Shown here piece by piece: positions 57,349 through 64,000 of a stretch of 64,000 nucleotides of DNA. The stretch lies in the IMG/VR virus record IMGVR_UViG_3300022752_000021; one strand, given 5' to 3'. The position numbers were made by a program, and so were the translations under genes. The notes below the pieces were generated by a model that was not told where the DNA came from, ran no database searches, and worked only from the letters and a program-made list of their open reading frames with translations. Source of the stretch: a virus. Positions within the stretch are counted from its first letter, which is position 1. Each line of letters begins with the position of its first letter.

Positions 57349-58023
57349 TCACTTAGTTTCGGGACGAAGAGCAATCCAATAGGTAACGCCATTCTTTGTG
57401 CCAGTGAACTTAGCCACAGCACTACCACCGATCTCCACAACATAATCATCGGTGAGCATCTTGAGCAGTTCAATATCGATGTATACAGAACCACTTGTAT
57501 TCACAGACTTGGCTTTGATAGGAACCTTGTATGTGTTCGACGCACTGTTGAGTCCAATCTTCCTGTCAAATGCAACAATCTCAATACCACTAGCAGCATT
57601 TGGCTTGATGCAAAGTGTATCAAGTTGCAGTACAGAAGCAGCCTTCTGAACCTCTGCAATTTGATTAGACGATAGTTCAAACTCAGCACTGAGTTCTGGC
57701 ATCTTGATAGTACGGGTTGCCTTCTCAATCAACTTCTCATCTGCATAGAAGTATTGGATCTCTCCACCCTTCTGTGAGTTGACAACCACACACTTGTCAT
57801 CGAAGTTGTAGTCTGCTTCCGAAAACAGACTTGTGGTGGCAATGAACTTTCCAAGATCGAAAATCGCGAATGGCTTGGGGAAGTTCTCATCCACCTTGGC
57901 TTCTGCCATGATGTTCTTTGCTGTTGACACGGTGCGAATCACACTACCCTTGTCAACATAGATTGATGAACGAATGCCAGAAAAGTTTTTAAGGATGTCA
58001 AATGTCTTCTTACTGATCTTCAT
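57349..58023 (-). CDS. gp45: Sliding clamp (gp45)
   Basis: MKISKKT..ILKNFS.I, FAIFDL..F and YWIALR; synteny. Confidence 0.92.
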   Translation of the reverse strand: MKISKKTFDILKNFSGIRSSIYVDKGSVIRTVSTAKNIMAEAKVDENFPKPFAIFDLGKFIATTSLFSEADYNFDDKCVVVNSQKGGEIQYFYADEKLIEKATRTIKMPELSAEFELSSNQIAEVQKAASVLQLDTLCIKPNAASGIEIVAFDRKIGLNSASNTYKVPIKAKSVNTSGSVYIDIELLKMLTDDYVVEIGGSAVAKFTGTKNGVTYWIALRPETK

Positions 58024-58026
58024 AAT

Positions 58027-58221
58027 TTAGTCCTCCTCCTCAAGGTTATCCATGAGGTCTTCGTCAATTTCTTCGCCGCCATTTACCATGTCCTTGAGAT
58101 CTCTCAAGTGGTGTTTGCTTTCGTGTCGATGTCCTCTACGTTCATGCTTCCGTCCGCGAGAAGATGAATGTCCCTTATCGAAGGGATCTGATCCACCAAC
58201 ATCTTTCCAGTTCTTGCTCAC
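58027..58221 (-). CDS. Small hypothetical protein (basic then acidic)
   Basis: GTG start coupled to the upstream stop; AAGGAG SD. Confidence 0.55.
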   Translation of the reverse strand: MSKNWKDVGGSDPFDKGHSSSRGRKHERRGHRHESKHHLRDLKDMVNGGEEIDEDLMDNLEEED

Positions 58222-58655
58222 TTCTCTGTCTCCTTCTTCTCTACTAAGAGTTGAGATAGGTAATCTATACCAAATGTGTCCTCAATCAACTTCTTTCTCA
58301 TATTATTCTCTGATATTGTCAAAGGAATGTAATTGCTGAACCCTGGCATATTCTTGGGACAATGAACGCGAGGATAATCCAACTTAGAATAATGATTCTC
58401 ATCAAGATTTGTGAGTTGGGTGTGTGAAAAGTCCCCGCAGTTGCAAGCCTCGCAAATGAATGAATTTGGATGCTTCTTGCTTTCCAATCTGCTCTCACAT
58501 GGAGCAAGACCTAAAGTTTCTGAACCGTGACACGATATGTCTCGCATATCACGAATTTCTTCAGAGACTTTAGCACCAACCAAACCGCGAGATGCAAGAG
58601 AGTCTGCCACTTGCCATGCTTTTGCAAATCTGCTTCTGAGAAAATAGTTTTTCAT
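58218..58655 (-). CDS. Cys-rich hypothetical protein
   Basis: C...C...CEACNC...HCP; ATGA coupling to gp46. Confidence 0.6.
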   Translation of the reverse strand: MKNYFLRSRFAKAWQVADSLASRGLVGAKVSEEIRDMRDISCHGSETLGLAPCESRLESKKHPNSFICEACNCGDFSHTQLTNLDENHYSKLDYPRVHCPKNMPGFSNYIPLTISENNMRKKLIEDTFGIDYLSQLLVEKKETEK

Positions 58656-60379
58656 CGATTGATCCTACTAAAATTGTTTTTCTTACTGAACGTGAGAACT
58701 TCTTGAAACTTATCTGTGAGTTGATCTGTCTTGTGTGAGATGACGAATATGTTGCATCTCTTGCCAAGACTCTTGATAAGTTTCATAAACTCATCCATCC
58801 CTGTTGAGTCAAGGCTTGAATCAAATACCTCATCAAGAACTAAAAGGTTGCAGTTGGTACTGTTCTTCAGCCTTGCAACCTCTCTCCATGCAAGCAATAG
58901 TGCCAAATCAATACGCATCTTCTCACCTTCACTGAAGGAAGCGTATGTGAACTCATCACGATGCCTCGACTTAATCGTCTCTCCAAAGTTTTCATCAAGA
59001 TTGAACTGCACGAAGAAGTCCATACACGCAAGGTAGTGATTTATCAACTTATTCATGATAGGAAGATAGTGCTTGATGATCCGTGTCTTGATTCCACTAT
59101 CCTTCAAGACTGTCTGTGCGGAGGAAAGAAGTTTCTGTTCTTCTTGTTTCTCATCATAATGCTTTTTACTGTCTTCCCACTTTTGTTCAAGTTCATCAAG
59201 AATATCTTGTTCGGTCGTAAGGCTTTGCTGCGACTTCTTGATTTTTTCTATATCAGCATTGAGTCGCTCAATCATCTTCTCTGCAACGGCTAGTTTTTGT
59301 CTGTGTTCATTTAGAACAGACAGAAACTTTTCATATTCATTCTCGACGTTATCCAACTTGTTATCTGTGATGAACTTTCTTTCAGAAGCAATACGAGATT
59401 CTACATCAAGAAGTGCCTTTCGAATCTCCTCTGTCTTTTCCTTCTTGACCACAATCTCTTTCTGACGATGTTCTTCTGTGAGAGACTGTCCGCAGGATGG
59501 ACAGGGAACATCTTTTGTAGTCACAAGAATAGATGTTTCTTCAACAAGAATATTGAACTTATTTTCAAGAGTGTTTTTGATCTTGGTCATGTCGCTGATG
59601 GCTTGTTCCTTCTTGCGACGAAGATCTCGGTTCTTTCCAAGCACAGACAATACATTTCCACCCTTGGCGACAATCGCTGAAAGCGAATCCCGAACCTTTT
59701 CGTTATTTCGGATCTCTTCTTCAAGACCCTCAAGTGAAGATCGACTCTTCTCCTCAAGTACTTCAAGATACTTTCTCTGCGTCTCTTTCTTGTTCTCAAG
59801 GATTTCGACAGATGTCTCACATGTACGCAAATCATCCTTGTTGGATGAAATCCTATCCTTCAAAACAACATTCATCGAAGAAAACACACCGATGTCCAAT
59901 AGTGATTCGACAATGGCTCGTCTATCTGCCGCTGGTAATCTCATGAAAGGAACATAGTTTGTTGAGCCAAGAATCACAACTTGGCAGAAAGCCTTGTAGG
60001 ACATCTTGAGGATTTGTTCCTCAAACATTTTCTGATAGTCCTTTGACTTCGAATCTTGATCCAAAAGTTTGTCGTCTTTATGGATCTCAAATATCTTTGG
60101 GTTCAAACCACGACGAACAAGATATTTGGTATTGCCAACATGGAACTCACACTCAACAAGACAATCCTTGTTGTTGATGCTGTTTGGCAGTTGTGGGATG
60201 TTTATGTTGCGAAACGGCTTACCGAATAAACAAAAGGTAAGTGCGTCGAGGAATGTGGTCTTACCCGCGCCGTTCTCACCACAGATCAGAGTCATCTCTG
60301 TTTTGGCGAGGTTCAACTGCGTGAAGTAATTGCCGTATGAAAGAAAGTTTTTCCAACGAATGCTATCAAAGACTAACAT
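58652..60379 (-). CDS. gp46: SbcC/Rad50-like recombination ATPase (gp46)
   Basis: WKNFLSYGN, GENGAGKTT, CPSCGQ hook, SFSEGEK and LDEVFDSSLD motifs. Confidence 0.95.
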   Translation of the reverse strand: MLVFDSIRWKNFLSYGNYFTQLNLAKTEMTLICGENGAGKTTFLDALTFCLFGKPFRNINIPQLPNSINNKDCLVECEFHVGNTKYLVRRGLNPKIFEIHKDDKLLDQDSKSKDYQKMFEEQILKMSYKAFCQVVILGSTNYVPFMRLPAADRRAIVESLLDIGVFSSMNVVLKDRISSNKDDLRTCETSVEILENKKETQRKYLEVLEEKSRSSLEGLEEEIRNNEKVRDSLSAIVAKGGNVLSVLGKNRDLRRKKEQAISDMTKIKNTLENKFNILVEETSILVTTKDVPCPSCGQSLTEEHRQKEIVVKKEKTEEIRKALLDVESRIASERKFITDNKLDNVENEYEKFLSVLNEHRQKLAVAEKMIERLNADIEKIKKSQQSLTTEQDILDELEQKWEDSKKHYDEKQEEQKLLSSAQTVLKDSGIKTRIIKHYLPIMNKLINHYLACMDFFVQFNLDENFGETIKSRHRDEFTYASFSEGEKMRIDLALLLAWREVARLKNSTNCNLLVLDEVFDSSLDSTGMDEFMKLIKSLGKRCNIFVISHKTDQLTDKFQEVLTFSKKNNFSRINR

Positions 60380-60394
60380 TGCTCACTCCATCTG

Positions 60395-60402
60395 TATTTA
60401 TA
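60395..60402 (-). promoter_or_regulatory. T4 late promoter TATAAATA upstream of gp46
   Basis: Exact consensus overlapping the stop of the upstream gene. Confidence 0.6.
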
Positions 60403-60919
60403 CAGCCACTTCAAGACCAATCATCGGATTTTTTTGTTCAAACCAAGCAGGAACATTTCCAAACTTCCACTTGGCAAATCTAGCCTTCTCACCAAGGTAA
60501 TATTGGCGATAAGCAACAACAGCATCCTCATGCTTGTACTGATCAGGCATTGCCTGTGCAAATGGAGTCAGTTTGTTGTTGTGAATGATGTTTGTAGGAA
60601 CGTGTTTACAGAACCAACAAGTCATCTCAAATGCCTTGTGGGTCTTTTTGTATCGGTTTGTGTATTCACAAGAAAGTGCATGTGTATGATGTGCAAGCCA
60701 CATGTAGTTTTCAACTGAATGTCTTGCCCACACCGTGCATGGGTGATTCATGAATGACATTTTATAGAGATCGACGGGAGCGTAAACAACATGACTCCCT
60801 GCCATGCGGTGGATTGTAGAGAGCATCTGACAACCCTCTACAATCATCTTGACTACATGTTTGTCGCACATATTAATTGCTGCGAGCAGTGGATCACGAT
60901 TCAATACGAAGATGTTCAT
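60398..60919 (-). CDS. denV: Pyrimidine-dimer DNA glycosylase family protein (DenV-like)
   Basis: MNIFVL..DP..AA...CDKHVVKM..E..QMLST, NHPC..W, QAMPDQY and AYRQYY motifs. Confidence 0.8.
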   Translation of the reverse strand: MNIFVLNRDPLLAAINMCDKHVVKMIVEGCQMLSTIHRMAGSHVVYAPVDLYKMSFMNHPCTVWARHSVENYMWLAHHTHALSCEYTNRYKKTHKAFEMTCWFCKHVPTNIIHNNKLTPFAQAMPDQYKHEDAVVAYRQYYLGEKARFAKWKFGNVPAWFEQKNPMIGLEVAV

Positions 60920-60925
60920 ACTGAA

Positions 60926-60954
60926 AATGTACTACAATATAACCACGCTGTCAA
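60926..60954 (-). promoter_or_regulatory. Sigma70-type promoter TTGACA-N17-TACATT, 6 nt from the ATG
   Basis: Read directly. Confidence 0.5.
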
Positions 60955-60957
60955 GAT

Positions 60958-63900
60958 TTATGATGGAGAAATTTTAAATCTTACATCAGCGTGCATTCCT
61001 ATATTATTCACATAAACTTTCCAACGATCAGATACAGAATCGTATCTGAACGCAATGTGTTCAGCATTCAAACCATCAGCCTCTGATGCTATTGGAGTTG
61101 TTGCTATTTCCTCATGAGCAAGATCATTTGGTTCATTTTCTTGATCGATGTAGAACTTGTGTGCCGATTCAATTTTGAACGTGGATGGAAGTTCTATAGA
61201 CAACATGCAAGACCAGTATCTTCCATTATAGCCACCAACCAAAGGCTTGCCCCAATAAAATTCTCTTTCAGGATAGAACATACTGGCAGTAGCACCAGTT
61301 GCACCACCAAGGGGCCAGGGAACGCCGCTGTTTGGATCTGGATTGCTTGGCAATGCATTGTATTCGGATCTCCAGTTTGGTCCATATCCCCAAAGATCAA
61401 TATCCAACACACCATTCAATTTTGGATTTGTGCTTTGTAGATTTGGAACTGTAGTTGGATCAAGTTCATTAAATCTTTTTGAGTAATTAGCACCTTGCCC
61501 ACCAATACCATTCTTTCTGTCATCCAGCCAATTCATATCATTGAGTAAATGAACCCCTATAACAAACGAATCGTTTTTATCAACATTAGAATAACGCCAC
61601 CACGACGAGCATTTTGCTTTGGTCAAGTCAAACGTAGGCTTTTCCGCTGGATTATTTGCATCATATTCATAACTTGTTATGGTTCCAAACGCAGGAGGTA
61701 TTCCACCAACTTCTAATATCTTATTAAGCAACTTTTGCTTTTCAGAATCTCGCGAATCTAAATCATAAAACCGACCCTTCAATCTTGGATCATCCGCATC
61801 ATATTGAGCGGTTCCTCCAAATACTTCGTCCATATACAGTACCTTACCACCCGATGCTTCAAACTCAGCAAGTTTTGTTGCAAGACTTTCTGTTATAAAT
61901 TCTCGGTGAGGAATAACAATTATACCTAGACCCGTCAACTCATTATTTTCTAGTTGAATATTTTGCAATAATGAGTATGGAATCATATTACTCTCACACA
62001 CCTCAACACAACCAGCGATGGGGTGATAGTATTGACCAAAATTTTGACCAATGCTGTTTGTTTTATAGGTGTAATTACTGCCAGCCCCATTAGTTAATTC
62101 TGGTTCTAAATGCTGTTTGATATATCTAAATCCAGCATCAGCAAAATTACCCATGTAATTAGTTGTGGGTAATATAGTTCCTCTTGGCGGCATGTGTATA
62201 CCAAGCCAACAGTATGGTTTCTTAAACTCAAACGGCAGTTGGCTATTTTGTATAATTTCCTTATACTTTCTATGGTGATACATCATTTTTCTATACCAAC
62301 TATAGTTTGGTCGTGGAACCTGACCACCTCCAATACGAACTGGATTATAGTATGCGTCACCTGTTGTCCCTGCATCATTTCTGCTTACATCCCCCAGCCA
62401 TCCAATACTTGATAACGCGAATGTGGTAAATGAATTACCAACCACTAAATTCTTTTGATACTTACCCCTCAAATATCCAACAATACAATCTTCGCGTCCC
62501 CATCCTGATGTGAGGAAGAAGTATCCACCACTTGGATATTTGAGATAATCTAGAGTATTGAATGTTTCAGCATCATTGACAGCACCCGTACTCCCAACAG
62601 GAAGTTGGTTTATAAAAGCAGAAGTCATTTCATGCCAACTATAAGATGCCTTAAAATCAGCCATGTAGTCTGTTTTATACTGAATATTAAACATAGTGTT
62701 TGCATCTGGCACATTTATATCAGCATATGCCTTCTCCGCATCTTTAGTTCCTGCAAGAACACTTATTGGTGGATTGTTCCCTTGATTTGCACCAGGTAAA
62801 GTCATGTCAAGATATTCTTGTGGACTGTAAAACGAACTTCGTGGACGAAGCCTATTCAAACTTCTAGGCTCAACCATATGTTCAGTTTTCTTACCCTGAG
62901 CGTAACGACCCAAAATTTCGTGTTGTGTTATTTGCGCTCTGTGTATTTGCAAATCGTTTGCTGGTAAGAACACACCATTGCCGTAACTTGCTGTCTCAAC
63001 TGCCAATGCCAATTCTTTTATGATGTTATTATATTCTTCTATAAGCACATCATTATATTCAAGAATGTTATTCTTTTGTGTGTCCGTAATATTTGGGTTG
63101 TTCATAAGATCAAATGTGGCAGTTCCTTCTTGATCACCATATCGATACATCCAAGTAGTTCCACGAAGAACACCCATTGTAAGACCAGAATCTGGGAATG
63201 GGAAATTATTTTCCGTGAATGCCCATGTGATGTAAGCGGCATCTGTGCGACCAGCATAACCTTTATGCTTTGCCCAAATGTCTATGGCATAATCAGAAAA
63301 ATCTATAGCCTCATCATGAACAAAATTATAATCCCATTGCAATGCATCAATACCAAGACCACCCTCGCTTTGAGGTCTTACAGTTTCTTCCATAACCTCT
63401 TTCAGCACCCTCTTATATTCAGGATTAAAAATTGTTCTCGGAACAATGTTATTGATATAGTATCTTTGTGGGTATCCCGTTATTGCCTTTGCTTCGGGAT
63501 AGAATGTTCTATTTAAACCAAGGAACATTGGTTTAAAATACGCCAACACCTTTATGCCACGTTCATGTGCGAGATTGACAGTTGGTCTTACCAAATCAAG
63601 ATTTGGACAACGATCAAGCATAACAGTATGACCAATTGCTGTCATACCAGAAGGAGTCATAATTTGAACATTCGATCTCCACAAAAGCGGTTGCTCTAAA
63701 ACTTCAAACAAAGAAAATTCTAGTATGTCTGGTTTGTATTTTGCATAAACATCATACTTTCTAGTACTAGCAAAATATTTGTTGAATGCTGCAATAACAC
63801 GTTGTTCTTCTGTAGCACCGTTTTCTCTATAGTAACTATTTGCTGGTCTATATTTAAATTCAGCGAGATCACTGACATATGTTATTCCAGGAGAGAAGTT

Positions 63901-63999
63901 AAACGGTCTTGAACCAGTAACAGTTCGTGGATTATTTGGTGGGTCGAGTGGGTAATCTTGGAACATGGTTGTTTCATAGAATACTTCCGAAGTATTACC
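60958..63999 (-). CDS. Large glycoside-hydrolase-like protein (TIM-barrel plus beta-galactosidase-trimerisation-like domain); 5'-truncated
   Basis: AHERGIKVLAYF, NPEY, GIDALQWD and IIVIP.......KLAEFEASGGKVL motifs; frame open to the window edge. Confidence 0.55.
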   Translation of the reverse strand, partial: GNTSEVFYETTMFQDYPLDPPNNPRTVTGSRPFNFSPGITYVSDLAEFKYRPANSYYRENGATEEQRVIAAFNKYFASTRKYDVYAKYKPDILEFSLFEVLEQPLLWRSNVQIMTPSGMTAIGHTVMLDRCPNLDLVRPTVNLAHERGIKVLAYFKPMFLGLNRTFYPEAKAITGYPQRYYINNIVPRTIFNPEYKRVLKEVMEETVRPQSEGGLGIDALQWDYNFVHDEAIDFSDYAIDIWAKHKGYAGRTDAAYITWAFTENNFPFPDSGLTMGVLRGTTWMYRYGDQEGTATFDLMNNPNITDTQKNNILEYNDVLIEEYNNIIKELALAVETASYGNGVFLPANDLQIHRAQITQHEILGRYAQGKKTEHMVEPRSLNRLRPRSSFYSPQEYLDMTLPGANQGNNPPISVLAGTKDAEKAYADINVPDANTMFNIQYKTDYMADFKASYSWHEMTSAFINQLPVGSTGAVNDAETFNTLDYLKYPSGGYFFLTSGWGREDCIVGYLRGKYQKNLVVGNSFTTFALSSIGWLGDVSRNDAGTTGDAYYNPVRIGGGQVPRPNYSWYRKMMYHHRKYKEIIQNSQLPFEFKKPYCWLGIHMPPRGTILPTTNYMGNFADAGFRYIKQHLEPELTNGAGSNYTYKTNSIGQNFGQYYHPIAGCVEVCESNMIPYSLLQNIQLENNELTGLGIIVIPHREFITESLATKLAEFEASGGKVLYMDEVFGGTAQYDADDPRLKGRFYDLDSRDSEKQKLLNKILEVGGIPPAFGTITSYEYDANNPAEKPTFDLTKAKCSSWWRYSNVDKNDSFVIGVHLLNDMNWLDDRKNGIGGQGANYSKRFNELDPTTVPNLQSTNPKLNGVLDIDLWGYGPNWRSEYNALPSNPDPNSGVPWPLGGATGATASMFYPEREFYWGKPLVGGYNGRYWSCMLSIELPSTFKIESAHKFYIDQENEPNDLAHEEIATTPIASEADGLNAEHIAFRYDSVSDRWKVYVNNIGMHADVRFKISPS

Positions 64000-64000
64000 C

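Noticed and set aside
1-64000. Alternative genetic code (stop reassignment) to explain the in-frame TAA at 17486 and 22337
   Set aside because: Core genes are full length in the standard code and many end in TAA.
1-64000. tRNA or rRNA genes
   Set aside because: No cloverleaf with T-loop and acceptor stem was recognised in the intergenic regions by eye; tRNAscan-SE would be needed to exclude them fully.

Overview
This 64-kb window comes from a large T4-like (myovirus-type) dsDNA bacteriophage. It carries the T4 core replication and late-transcription genes (gp32, gp33, gp41, gp61, uvsX, gp43, regA, gp62/44/45, gp46), T4-type late promoters (TATAAATA/CTAAATA) and nucleotide metabolism genes (class II RNR, ThyX, dUTPase). 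A Phycisphaerae-style PEP-CTERM-like protein points to a planctomycete host (inference). Accessory content, from left to right: (1) a block of very basic proteins studded with (L/I/V/M)-x-E motifs like those cut by T4 prohead protease, probably head-packaged cargo, including tandem GNAT-like domains and a ligase-like protein in two genes; (2) two paralogous GIY-YIG endonuclease genes sharing a covarying upstream hairpin; (3) a candidate structured ncRNA near 14.0 kb, driven by a late promoter and bounded by terminators; (4) two giant paralogous depolymerase-like proteins with a shared C-terminus, each preceded in frame by an ORF ending in an identical 30-bp TVSSKRDWD-stop cassette, with an apparent DNRLRE-like domain split across that stop; (5) tail-fibre and collagen-like genes; (6) a 13-gene glycan synthesis island; (7) a DNA methyltransferase split in two by an HNH gene with no intron or intein signature. 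All assignments come from motif recognition by eye; no database searches were run.
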